Assembly: GCA_964016885.1 (NCBI GenBank)
Contig: OZ024744.1
Span: 104,966,001-105,030,000, forward strand
Reading direction: 5' to 3'
Origin: Eledone cirrhosa
Lineage: Eukaryota
DNA: 64,000 nucleotides
The notes under the pieces are model-generated. The model did not search any database. It worked only from the letters and a program-made list of their open reading frames with translations, and was not told the origin of the DNA. The translations under genes were made by a program, and so were the position numbers. Numbering within the stretch: position 1 is the stretch's first letter; each line of letters begins with the position of its first letter. Below, piece after piece: positions 15,001-29,600 of the stretch.

Positions 15001-15975
15001 TATAGTGTGGTTGTCATATAGAGTAGTTGTCATATAGTGGGGTTATCATATAGAGTAGTTGTCATAAAGTGGGGTTGTATTATAGTGAGTTTGTCATATA
15101 GAGTAGTTGTCATATAGTGTAGTTGTCATATAGTGTGGTTGTCATATAGTGTAGTTGTCTTATAGTGTAGTTGTCAAATAGTGAGGTTGTCATATAGTGA
15201 GGTTGTATTATAGTCTGGTTATCATATAGTGTAGTTATATAGTGTGGTTGTCATATAATGTGGTTGTCATATTGTGTGGTTGGCATATAGTGTAGTTGTC
15301 ATATAGTGTAGTTGTCATATAGAGCAGTTGTCATATATTGTAGTTGTCATATAGTGTGGTTGTCATATAGTGTGGTTGTCAGATAGTGTAGTTGTCATAT
15401 AGAGCAGTTGTCATATAGGGAGGTTGTATTATAGTGTGGTTATCATATAGTGTAGTTATATAGTGTAGCTGTCATATAGTGTGGTTGTCATATAGTGTGG
15501 TTCTCATATAGTGTAGTTGTCATATAGAGTAGTTGTCATAGTGTGGTTGTCATATAGTGTAGCTGTTATATAGTGTGGTTGTCATATAGTGTAGTTGTCA
15601 TATAGTATGGTTGTCATATAGAGTAGTTGTCATATAGTGTTGTTGTCATATAGAGTAGTTGTCATAGTGTGGTTGTCATATAGTGTAGTTGTCATATAGT
15701 ATGGTTGTCATATATTATGGTTGTCATATAGTATGGTTGTCATATAGTATGGTTGTCATATATTATGGTTGTCATATATTATGGTTGTCATATAGTATGG
15801 TTGTCATATAGTATGGTTGTCATATATTATGGTTGTCATATATTATGTTTGTCATATAGTATGGTTGTCATATATTATGGTTGTCATATAGTATGGTTGT
15901 CATATATTATGGTTGTCATATAGTATGGTTGTCATATAGTGTGGTTGTCATATAGTGTGGTTGTCATATAGTGTG
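1..15975. repeat. 16-bp tandem satellite, consensus GTTGTCATATAGTGT(A/G), about 1000 units, runs off the left window edge
   Basis: GTTG(T/C)CAT recurs at 5, 21, 37 and onward (period 16). The + strand is G/T-rich and the ORF track shows no ORF here. The array ends at ...GTGTGCATAGCCCG near 15975. Confidence 0.98.
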
Positions 15976-16231
15976 CATAGCCCGATATTCCTATTCTTGG
16001 ATATCCTTCAGTTGATGGAACGGATACTCACAGCCAGGTTCTGTTAGTATTGTACATTATGTTGACTAGTATTTCTCACAGACAGGATTTTACAGGATTC
16101 CTGTTCATCAGATATTTACATGTATACATACACACACATGTACATAAATATGTATACATAACATAATACACTTGAGTTTTACCTTCATACACACATACAT
16201 ATATTTATTTAGAAGAGACATGTGCAAGTAG

Positions 16232-17699
16232 TCATCTTCATCATCATTTTTATGTCTACTTTTCCACACTGCATGGGTTCGACAGGTCCTTCTCAGCACA
16301 GTATCTCTTCACTCACTGTGTTTTTTCGTCATCTCTGTGAGTCTCAGCGATTTGAGATGAGCTCTCATAATCTCTGTCCGGGTATTCCTTGGTTCTACCT
16401 CTACTGCGACTTCTTTCACCTGGGGTACTTCTTCATCTTCACCCAATGATCATCGTATATGTGCATCACATGTCCAAACCAATGCAGTGTTCTCTCCTAC
16501 ACACCACCTCAGATTTCTCTTAAACCCAGCTTTTCCTTCAACTTGTCTAAGTTCTACCTTTCTCTCACATTTACATTGCACATCAAATGAAGCATGATTG
16601 CTTCATTTCTCTCCTGCTTCTGCAGGTGATCTGTAGTTACAGCCCATATTTCACTAACATGGAGCATCATGTACTTCACAAACATGCGTTATACAGTCTT
16701 CCTTTTGAATGTATGGAGAAACCTTTTGTTGTCAACAGTGGAAGTAGTTCTCTAAACTTCTTCCATCCTATCCTTATTCTAGCTATTATACTCTCAGTAC
16801 ACCCACCTCCACTGCTAATTAAGTCACCTAGATACCACAAGCTATCAAGCACGTCTATAGATCCTTCCTGTGACTTGAAGAGGTTTATATCATTAGCAGT
16901 CTTCCTCTCAATTTCTTCTGTGCATCTTCTACCTGCAAAGTTCTCCCTTCCTTTTAGTCTACTTGTTATACCACTACATCTCTTGTGTACCCAAGATTTA
17001 CATTGTGTACACTGTATGGAGTTTATGCCTACTCCTTTTCTAAATATTGAGCAGGCTCACTTCCCTGAATGAATCAGGGTCCTGTATTATTTCCTATTCA
17101 CTAGCAGTTTAGTTTTGGTTAAGTTTATTCTCAGAATTTATTTTCTAGTAGTTTTATGGTTTCAGCTATAAGGACCAAATCATTCGCGTAAAGAAGTTTA
17201 CATGGACAGCTAGTCTTAAACTTCTCTGTTATAGCCTGGAGAACTATAATAAACAGCAGTGGGCTAAGAACTGAACCTTGATGAACTCCTACCTGTACCT
17301 TGAATTTTTCACTAAACTCACTTCCTGCTCTCTCTTTATTGACAGCTCATTTGTAGATGGCTGGCACTGTTCTCACCAATCATTCTTCTACACTTTATTC
17401 CCTTAAGGACCACCTGATAATAGTTTGAGGTACTCTGTCACAGCTCTTCTCTAGACCAACAAAAGCTAAATGTAGTGACTTATTCTTGGCTAGGAACTTC
17501 TCCTGTAGTTGTCTGACTAAAAAGAAGGCATCTATAGTACATTTCCCTAGTATGAAACCAAATTACATCTCATCTAATTTGACTCTTTCATTAATTAGCT
17601 GCACTGTAACTCTTGGTTATATAACTTGGTCCATTAGTTTTATTCCTCTGTAATTACTCCTTTCTAGGGCATCACCTTTGCCCTTGTAGCAATTTATGA
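16232..17699 (-). mobile_element. Decayed RTE-clade LINE, 3' part (RT, PHD-like finger, 3' tail); host element of the 69-bp array
   Basis: Minus-strand translation gives IINCYKGKGDALERSNYRGIKLMDQVI (17617-17700), a QGSVLSPLLF motif near 17250-17280 and YAND (YADD-like) near 17180. A (CAT)n tail and family 3'-end motif lie at ~16232-16280. Many stops and frameshifts. Confidence 0.9.
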
Positions 17700-20600
17700 T
17701 TGAACTGCTGTACAAGTCATTAGGTATGACACAGTCCTGTATTACCTGATTGACTATGGAGGTGACAACTGTACTGCTGTACCAGTCATTAGGTATGACA
17801 CTGTCATGTATTACCTGATTGACTGTGTAGGTGACAACTGTACTGCTGTACCAGTCATTAGGTATGACACTGTCCTGTATTACCTGATTGACTATGTAGG
17901 TGACAACTGTACTGCTGTACCAGTCATTAGGTATGACACTGTCATGTATTACCTGATTGACTATGTAGGTGACAACTGTACTGCTGTACCAGTCATTAGG
18001 TATGACACTGTCATGTATTACCTGATTGACTGTGTAGGTGACAATTGTACTGCTGTACCAGTCATTAGGTATGACACTGTCCTGTATTACCTGATTGACT
18101 ATGTAGGTGACAATTGTACTGCTGTACCAGTCATTAGGTATGACACTGTCCTGTATTACCTGATTGACTGTGTAGGTGACAATTGAACTGCTGTACCAGT
18201 CATTAGGTATGGCACTGTCCTGTATTACCTGATTGACTATGTAGGTGACAATTGTACTGCTGTACCAGTCATTAGGTATGACACTGTCTTGTATTACCTG
18301 ATTGATTGTGTAGGTGACAACTGTACTGCTGTACCAGTCATTAGGTATGACACTGTCCTGTATTACCTGATTGACTATGTAGGTGACAATTGTACTGCTG
18401 TACCAGTCATTAGGTATGACACTGTCCTGTATTACCTGATTGACTGTGTAGGTGACAATTGAACTGCTGTACCAGTCATTAGGTATGACACAGTCCTGTA
18501 TTACCTGATTCACTATGTAGGTGACAACTGTACTGCTGTACCAGTCATTAGGTATGACACCACCCTGTATTACCTGATTGACTATGTAGGTGACAACTGT
18601 ACTGCTGTACCAGTCATTAGGTATGACACCACCCTGTATTACCTGATTGACTATGTAGGTGACAATTGTACTGCTGTACCAGTCATTAGGTATGACACCA
18701 CCCTGTATTACCTGATTGACTATGTAGGTGACAATTGTACTGTTGTACCAGTCATTAGGTATGACATTGTCCTGTATTACCTGATTGACTATGTAAGTGA
18801 CAATTGTACTGCTGTACCAGTCATTAGTTGTGACACCACCCTGTATTACCTGATTAACTTGTAGGTGACAACTGTACTGCTGTACCAGTCATTAGGTATG
18901 ACACTGTCCTGTATTACCTGATTGACTATGTAGGTGACAATTGTACTGCTGTACCAGTCATTAGGTATGACACTGTCCTGTATTACCTGATAGACTATGT
19001 AGGTGACAATTGTACTGCTGTACCAGTCATTAGGTATGACACCACCCTGTATTACCTGATTGACTATGTAGGTGACAATTGTACTGCTGTACCAGTCATT
19101 AGGTATGACACCACCCTGTATTACCTGATTGACTATGTAGGTGACAATTGTACTGCTGTACCAGTCATTAGGTATGACACTGTCATGTATTACCTGATTG
19201 ACTATGTAGGTGACAATTGTACTGCTGTACCAGTCATTAGGTATGACACCACCCTGTATTACCTGATTGACTATGTAGGTGACAATTGTACTGTTGTACC
19301 AGTCATTAGGTATGACATTGTCCTGTATTACCTGATTGACTATGTAGGTGACAATTGTACTGCTGTACCAGTCATTAGTTGTGACACCACCCTGTATTAC
19401 CTGATTAACTTGTAGGTGAAAACTGTACTGCTGTACCAGACATTAGGTATGACACTGTCATGTATTACCTGATTGACTATGTAGGTGACAACTGTACTGC
19501 TGTACCAGTCATTGGGTATGATACTGTCATGTATTACCTGATTGACTATGTAGGTGAAAATTGTACTGCTGTACCAGTCATTAGGTATGACACCACCTTG
19601 TATTACCTGATTGACTATGTAGGTGACAATTGTACTGCTGCACCAGTCATTGGGTATGACACTGTCCTGTATTACCTGATTGACTATGTAGGTGACAACT
19701 GTACTGCTGTACCAGTCATTGGGTATGACACCACCCTGTATTACCTAATTGACTATGTAGGTGACAATTGTACTGCTGTGCCAGTCATTGGGTATGACAC
19801 CACCCTGTAATACCTGATTGACTATGTAGGTGACAATTGTACTGTTGTACCAGTCATTAGTTATGACACTGTCATGTATTACCTGATTGACTATGTAGGT
19901 GACAATTGTACTGCTGTACCAGTCATTGGGTAAGACACCACCCTGTATTACCTGATAGACTATGTAGGTGACAACTGTACTGCTGTACCAGTCATTAGGT
20001 AAGACACCACCCTGTATTACCTGGTTGACTATGTAGGTGACAACTCTACTGCTGTACCAGTCATTAGGTATGACACCACTCTGTATTACCTGATTGACTA
20101 TGTAGGTGACAAATGTACTGCTGTACCAGTCATTAGGTATGACACCACCCTGTATTACCTGATTGACTATGTAGGTGACAATTGTACTGCAGTACCAGTC
20201 ATTAGGTAAGACACCACCCTGTATTACCTGATTGACTATGTAGGTGACAATTGTATTGCTGTACCAGTCATTACGTATGACACCACCCTGTATTACCTGA
20301 TAGACTATGTAGGTGACAATTGTACTGCTGTACCACTCATTGGGTATGACACCACCCTGTATTACCTGATTGACTATGTAGGTGACAACTGTACTACTGT
20401 ACCAGTCATTAGGTATGACACTGTCCTGTATTACCTGATTGACTATGTAGGTGACTATTGTACTGCTGTACCAGTCATTAGGTATGACACCACCCTGTAT
20501 TACCTGATTGACTATGTAGGTGACAATTGTACTGCTGTACCAGTCATTAGGTATGACACTGTCCTGTATTACCTGATTGACTATGTAGGTGACAATTGTA

Positions 20601-23600
20601 CTGCTGTACCAGTCATTAGGTATGACACTGTATTGTATTACCTGATTGACTATGTAGGTGACAACTGTACCGCTGTACTAGTTATTAGGTATGACACCAT
20701 CCTGTATTACCTGATTGACTATATAGGTGACAACTGTACTGCTGTACCAGTCATTGGGTATGACACCGTCTTGTATTAACTGATTGACGATGTAGGTGGC
20801 AATTGTACTGCTGTACCACTCATTAGGTATGACACCACCCTGTATTAACTGATTGACTATGTAGGTGACAATTGTACTGCTGTACCAGTCATTAGGTATG
20901 ACACCACCCTGTATTACCTGATTGACTATGTAGGTGACAATTGTACTGCTGTAGCAGTCATTATGTATGACACTGTCCTATATTACCTGATTGACTATGT
21001 ACGTGACAATTGTACTGCTGTACCAGTGATTAGGTATGACACTGTCCTGTATTACCTGATTGACTATGTAGGTGACAATTGAACTGCTGTACCAGTCATT
21101 AGGTATGACACCACCCTGTATTACCTGATTGACTATGTAGGTGACAATTGTACTGCTGTACCAGTCATTAGGTATGACATTGTCCTGTATTACATGATTG
21201 ACTATGTAGGTGACAATTGTACGGCTGTACCAGTCATTAGTTGTGACACTACCCTGTATTACCTGATTGACTTGTAGGTGACAACTGTACTGCTGTACCA
21301 GTCATTCGGTATGATACTGTCATGTATTACCTGATTGACTATGTAGGTGACAATTGTACTGCTGTACCAGTCATTAGGTATGACACCACCCTGTATTACC
21401 TGATTGACTATGTAGGTGACAATTGTACTGCTGTACCAGTCATTAGCTATGACACTGTCATGTATTACCTGATTGACTATGTAGATCACAATTGTACTGC
21501 TGTACCAGTCATTAGGTATGACACTGTCCTGTATTACCTGATTGACTATGTAGGTGACAACTGTACTGCTGTACCAGTCATTGGGTATGACACCGTCTTG
21601 TATTACCTGATTGACTATGTAGGTGGCAATTCTAATGCTGTACCACTCATTAGGTATGACACCACCCTGTATTACCTGATTGACTATGTAGGTGACAATT
21701 GTACTGCTGTACCAGTCATTAGGTATTGCACTGTCCTGTATTACCTGATTGACTATGTAGGTGGCAATTGTAATGCTGTACCACTCATTAGGTATGACAC
21801 CACCCTGTATTACCTGATTGACTATGTAGGTGACAATTGTACTGCTGTACCAGTCATTATGTATTGCACTGTCCTGTATTACCTGATTGACTATGTAGGT
21901 GGCAATTGTAATGCTGTACCACTCATTAGGTATGACACCACCCTGTATTACCTGATTGACTATGTAGGTGGCAACTGTACTGCTGTACCAGTCATTAGGT
22001 ATGACACCACCCTGTATTAACTGATTGACTATGTAGGTGACAATTGTACTGCTGTACCAGTCATTAGGTATGATACCACCCTGTATTACCTGATTGACTA
22101 TGTAGGTGACAATTGTACTGCTGTACCAGTCATTAGGTATGACACCACCCTGTATTACATGATTGACTATGTAGGTGACAATTGTACTGCTGTACCAGTC
22201 ATTAGGTGTGACACCACCCTGTATTACCGGATAGACTATGTAGGTGACAATTGTACTGCTGTACCAGTCATTAGGTATGACACTGTCCTGTATTACCTGA
22301 TTGACTATGTAGGTGACAATTGTACTGCTGTACCAGTCATTGGGTATGACACTGTCATGTATTACCTGATTGACTATGTAGATGACAATTGTACTGCTGT
22401 ACCAGTCATTAGGTATGACACTGTCCTGTATTACCTGATTGACTATGTAGGTGATAACTGTACTGCTGTACCAGTCATTGGGTATGACACCACCCTGTAT
22501 TACCTGATAGACTATGTAGATGACAACTGTACTGCTGTACCAGTCATTGGGTATGACACCACCCTGTATTACCTGATTGACTATGTAGGTGACAACTGTA
22601 CTGCTGCACCAGTCATTAGGTATGACACTGTCCTGTATTACCTGATTGACTATGTAGGTGACAATTGTACTGCTGTGCCAGTCATTGGGCATGACACCAC
22701 CCTGTATTACCTGATTGACTTGTAGCTGACAACTGTACTGCTGTACCAGTCATTAGGTATGACACTGTCCTGTATTACCTGATTGACTATGTAGGTGACA
22801 ATTGTACTGCTGTGCCAGTCATTGGGCATGACACCACCCTGTATTACCTGATTGACTATATAGGTGACAACTGTACTGCTGCACCAGTCATAAGGTATGA
22901 AACTGTCCTGTATTACCTGATTGACTATGTAGGTGACAATTGTACTGTTGTACCAGTCATTAGGTAAGACACTGTCATGTATTACCTGATTGACTATGTA
23001 GGTGACAATTGTACTGCTGTACCAGTCATTGGGTATGACACTGTCCTGTATTACCTGATTGACTATGTAGGTGACAATTGTACTGCTGTACCAGTCATTA
23101 GGTATGACACTGTCCTGTATTACCTGATTGACTATGTAGGTGACAATTATACTGCTATACCATGCATTAGGTATGACACTGTCCTGTATTACCTGATTGA
23201 CTATGTAGGTGACAACTGTACTGCTGTACCAGTCATTAGGTATGACACCACCCTGTATTACCTGATTGACTATGTAGGTGACAATTGTACTGCTGTACCA
23301 GTCATTAGGTAAGACAGCACCCTGTATTACCTGATAGACTATGTAGGTGACAATTGTACTGCTGTACCAGTCATTAGGTAACACACCACCCTGTATTACC
23401 TGATTGACTATGTAGGTGACAATTGTACTGCTGTACCAGTCATTAGGTAACACACCACCCTGTATTACCTGATTGACTATGTAGGTGACAATTGTACTGC
23501 TGTACCAGTCATTATGTATGACACCACCCTGTATTACCTGATTGACTATGTAGGTGACAACTGTACTGCTGTACCAGTCATTAGGTATGACACTGTCCTG

Positions 23601-26600
23601 TATTACCTGATTGACTATGTAGGTGACAACTGTACTGCTGTACCAGTCATTGGGAATGACACCACCCTGTATTACCTGATTGACTATGTAGGTGACAATT
23701 GTACTGTTGTACCAGTCCTTAGGTATGACACTGTAATGTATTACCTGATTGACTATGTAGGTGACAATTATACTGCTGTACCAGTCATTAAGTATGACAC
23801 CACCCTGTATTACCTGATTGACTATGTAGGTGACAATTATACTGCTATACCAGGCAATAGGTATGACACCACCCTGTATTACCTGATTGACTATACAGGT
23901 GACAATTATATTGCTATACCATCATTAGGTGTGACACTGTCATGTATTACCTGATTGACTATGTAGGTGACAATTGTACTGCTGTACCAGTCATTAGGTA
24001 TGACACCACCCTGTATTACCTGATTGACTATGTAGGTGACAATTGTACTGCTGTACCAGTCATTAGGTATGACACCACCCTGTATTACCTGATTGACTAT
24101 ATAGGTGACAATTGAACTGCTGTACCAGTCATTAGGTATGACACCACCCTGTATTACCTGATAGACTATGTAGGTGACAATTGTACTGCTGTACCAGTCA
24201 TTAGGTAAGACACCACCCTGTATTACCTGATAGACTATGTAGGTGACAATTGTACTGCTGTACCAGTCATTAGGTGTGACACTGTCCTGTATTACCTGAT
24301 TGATTATGTAGGTGACAATTGTACTGCTGTACCAGTCATTAGGTATGACACCACCCTGTATTACCTGATTGACTATGTAGGTTACAATTGTACTGATGTA
24401 CCAGTCATTATGTAAGACACCACCCTGTATTACCTGATTGACTATGTAGGTGACAACTGTACTGCTGCGCCAGTCATTAGGTATGACACTGTCCTGTATA
24501 ACCTGATAGACTATGTAGATGACAATTGTACTGCTGTACCAGTAATTGGGTATGACACTGTCCTGTATTACCTGATTGACTATATAGGTGACAATTGAAC
24601 TGCTGTACCAGTCATTAGGTATGACACAACCCTGTATTACCTGATTGACTATGTAGGTGACAACTGTACGGCTCTACCAGTCATTAGGTATGACACTGTC
24701 ATGTATTACCTGATTGACTATATAGGTGACAATTGAACTGCTGTACCAGTCATTAGGTATGACACCACCCTGTATTACCTGATAGACTATGTAGGTGACA
24801 ATTGTACTGCTGTTCCAGTCATTAGGTATGACACTGTCATGTATTACCTGATTGACTATATAGGTGACAATTGAACTGCTGTACCAGTCATTAGGTATGA
24901 CACCACCCTGTATTACCTGATTGACTATGTAGGTGACAACTGTACTGCTGTACCAGGCATTAGGTATGACACCACCCTGTATTACCTGATTGACTATGTA
25001 GGTGACAACTGTACTGCTGTACCAGTCATTAGGTATGACACTGTCATGTATTACCTGATTGACTATATAGGTGACAATTGAACTGCTGTACCACTCATTA
25101 GATATGACACCACCCTTTATTACCTGATTGACTATGTAGGTGACAACTGTACTGCTGTACCAGTCATTGGGTATGACACCACCCTGTATTACCTGATTGA
25201 CTGTGTAGGTGACAATTGTACTGTCGTACCAGTCATCATGTATGACACTGTCATGTATTACCTGATTGACTATGTAGGTGACAATTGTACTGCTGTACCA
25301 GTCATTAAGTATGACACCACCCTGTATTACCTGATTGACTATGTATGTGACAACTGTACTGCTGTACCAGTCATTAGGTATGACACCACCCTGTATTACC
25401 TGATTGACTATGTAGGTGACAATTATACTGCTATACCATCATTAGGTGTGACACTGACATGTATTACTTATTGACTATGTAGGTGACAGCTGTACTGCTA
25501 TACCAGTCATTAGGTGTGACACCATCCTGTATTACCTGATTGTGTATGTAGGTGACAATTGTACTGCTGTACCAATCATTAGGTACGACACCATCCTGTA
25601 TTACCTGATTGACTATGTAGGTGACAATTGTATTGCTGTACCAGTCATTAGGTATGACACTGTCCCGTATTACCTGATTGACTATGTAGGTGACAATTAT
25701 ACTGATGTACCAGTCATTATGTATGACATCACACTGTATTACCTGATTGACTATGTAGGTGACAATTGTACTGCTGTACCTGTCATTAGGTAAGACACCA
25801 CCCTGTATTACCTGATTGACTATGTAGGTGACAACTGTACTGCTGTACCAGTCATTAGGTATGACACTGTCCTGTATTACCCGATAGACTATGTAGATGA
25901 CAATTGTACTGCTGTACCAGTCATTGGGTATGACACTGTCCTGTATTACCTGATTGACTATGTAGGTGACAATTGTACTGATGTACCAGTCATTATGTAT
26001 GACACCTCCCTATATTACCTGATTGACTATGGTGACAACTGTACCGTTGTACCAGTCATTAAGTATGACACCACCCTGTATTACCTGATTGACTATGAAG
26101 GTGACAATTGTATTGTTGTACCAATCATTTGGTATGACACTGTCCTGTATTACCTGATAGACTATGTAGGTGACAATTGTACTGCTGTACCAGTCATTAG
26201 GTAAGACACCACCCTGTATTACCTGATAGACTATGTAGGTGACAATTGTACTGCTGTACCAGTCATTAGGTGTGACACTGTCCTGTATTACCTGATTGAT
26301 TATGTAGGTGACAATTGTACTGCTGTACCAGTCATTAGGTATGACACCACCCTGTATTACCTGATTGACTATGTAGGTGTCAATTGTACTGCTGTACCTT
26401 TCTTTAGGTAAGACACCACCCTGTATTACCTGATTGACTATGTAGGTTACAATTGTACTGATGTACCAGTCATTATGTAAGACACCACCCTGTATTACCT
26501 GATTGACTATGTAGGTGACAACTGTACTGCTGTACCAGTCATTAGGTATGACACTGTCCTGTATTACCTGATTGACTATATAGGTGACAATTGAACTGCT

Positions 26601-29600
26601 GTACCAGTCATTAGGTATGACACAACCCTGTATTACCTGATTGACTATGTAGGTGACAACTGTACTGCTCTACCAGTCATTAGGTATGACACTGTCATGT
26701 ATTACCTGATTGACTATATAGGTGACAATTGAACTGCTGTACCAGTCATTAGGTATGACACCACCCTGTATTACCTGATAGACTATGTAGGTGACAATTG
26801 TACTGCTGTTCCAGTCATTAGGTAGGACACTGTCATGTATTACCTGATTGACTATATAGGTGACAATAGAACTGCTGTACCAGTCATTAGGTATGACACC
26901 ACCCTGTATTACCTGATTTACTATGTAGGTGACAATTGTACTGCTGTACCAGTCATTAGGTATGACACTGTCATGTATTACCTGATTGACTATGTAGATG
27001 ACAATTGTACTGCTGTACCAGTTATTGGGTATGACACTGTCCTGTATTACCTGATTGACTATATAGGTGACAATTGACCTGCTGTACCAGTCATTAGGTA
27101 TGACACAACCCTGTATTACCTGATTGACTATGTAGGTGACAACTGTACTGCTCTACCAGTCATTAGGTATGACACTGTCATGTATTACCTGATTGACTAT
27201 ATAGGTGACAATTGAACTGCTGTACCAGTCATTAGGTATGACACCACCCTGTATTACCTGATAGACTATGTAGGTGACAATTGTACTGCTGTTCCAGTCA
27301 TTAGGTAGGACACTGTCATGTATTACCTGATTGACTATATAGGTGACAATTGAACTGCTGTACCAGTCATTAGGTATGACACCACCCTGTATTACCTGAT
27401 TGACTATGTAGGTGACAATTGTACTGCTGTACCAGTCATTAGGTATGACACTGTCATGTATTACCTGATTGACTATGTAGGTGACAACTGTACTGCTGTA
27501 CCAGTCATTAGGTATTACACTGTCATGTATTACCTGATTGACTATGTAGGTGACAACTGTAATGCTGTACCAGGCATTAGGTATGACACCACCCTGTATT
27601 AACTGATTGACTATGTAGGTGACAACTGTACTGCTGTACCAGTCATTAGGTATGACAATGTCATGTATTACCTGATTGACTATATAGGTGACAATTGAAC
27701 TGCTGTACCACTCATTAGATATGACACCACCCTTTATTACCTGATTGACTATGTAGGTGACAACTGTACTGCTGTACCAGTCATTGGGTATGACACCACC
27801 CTGTATTACCTGATTGACTGTGTAGGTGACAATTGTACTGTCGTACCAGTCATCATGTATGACACTGTCATGTATTACCTGATTGACTATGTATGTGACA
27901 ACTGTACTGCTGTACCAGTCATTAGGTATGACACCACCCTGTATTACCTGATTGACTATGTAGGTGACAATTATACTGCTGTACCATCATTAGGTGTGAC
28001 ACTGACATGTATTACCTGATTGACTATGTAGGTGACAGCTGTACTGCTATACCAGTCATTAGGTGTGACACCATCCTGTATTACCTGATTGTGTATGTAG
28101 GTGACAATTGTACTGCTGTACCAATCATTAGGTACGACACCATCCTGTATTACATGATTGACTATGTAGGTGACATTTGTATTGCTGTACCAGTCATTAG
28201 GTATGACACTGTCATGTATTACATGATTGACTATATAGGTGACAATTGAACTGATATACAACTCATTAGATATGACACCACCCTGTATTACCTGATTGAC
28301 TATGTAGGTGAAAACTGTACTGCTGTACCAGTCATTAGATGTGACACCACCCTGTATTACCTGATTGACTATGTAGGTGACAATTGTACTGCTGTACCTG
28401 TCATTAGGTAAGACACCACCCCGTATTACCTGATTGACTATGTAGGTGACAATTATACTGCTGTACCAGTCATTATGTATGACATCACACTGTATTACCT
28501 GATTGACTATGTAGGTGACAACTGTACTGCTGTACCAGTCATTGGGTATGACACTGTCCTGTATTACCTGATTGACTATGTAGGTGACAATTGTACTGAT
28601 GTACCAGTCATTAGTTATGACACCACCCTGTATTACCTGATTGACTATGAAGATGACAATTGTACTGCTGTACCAGTCATTAGGTATGACACTGTCATGT
28701 ATTACCTGATTGACTATATAGGTGACAATTGTACTGCTGTACCAGTCATTATGTATGACAACACCTTGTATTACCTGATTGACTATGTAGGTGACAACTG
28801 TACTGCTGTACCAGTCATTAGGTAAGACAGCACCCTGTATTACCTGATTGACTATGTAGGTGACAATTGTACTGCTGTTCCAGTCATTAGGTATGACACT
28901 GTCCTGTATTACCTGATTGACTATGTAGGTGACAACTGTACAGCTGTACCAGTCATTATGTATGACACCACCCTGTATTACCTGATTGACTATGTAAGTG
29001 ACAATTGTACTTCTGTACCAGTCATTAGGTATGACACTGTCCTGTATTAACTGATTGACTATGTAGGTGACAATCGTACTGCTGTACCAGTCATTGGGTA
29101 TGGCACCACCCTGTATTACCTGATTGACTATGTAGGTGACAATTGTACTGCTGTACCAGTCATTAGGTATGACACCACCCTGTATTAACTGATTGACTAT
29201 GTAGGTGACAATCGTACTGCTGTACCAGTCATTAGGTATGACACCACCCTGTATTACCTGATTGACTATGTAGGTGACAACTGTACTGCTGTACCAGTCT
29301 TTAGGTATGACACTGCCATGTATTACCTGATTGACTATGTAGGTGACAAATGTACTGCTGTACCAGTCAGTAGGTATGACACGGTCCCGTATTACCTAAT
29401 TGACTATGTAGGTGACAACTGTACTACTGTACCAGTCATTTGGTATGGCACTGTCATGTATTACCTGATTGACTATGTAGTAGACAACAGTCCTGCTGTA
29501 CCTGTCATTAGGTATGACACCATCCTGTATTACCTGATTGACTATGTAGGTGACAATTGTACTGTTCTACCAGTCATTAGTTATGACACCACCCTGTATT

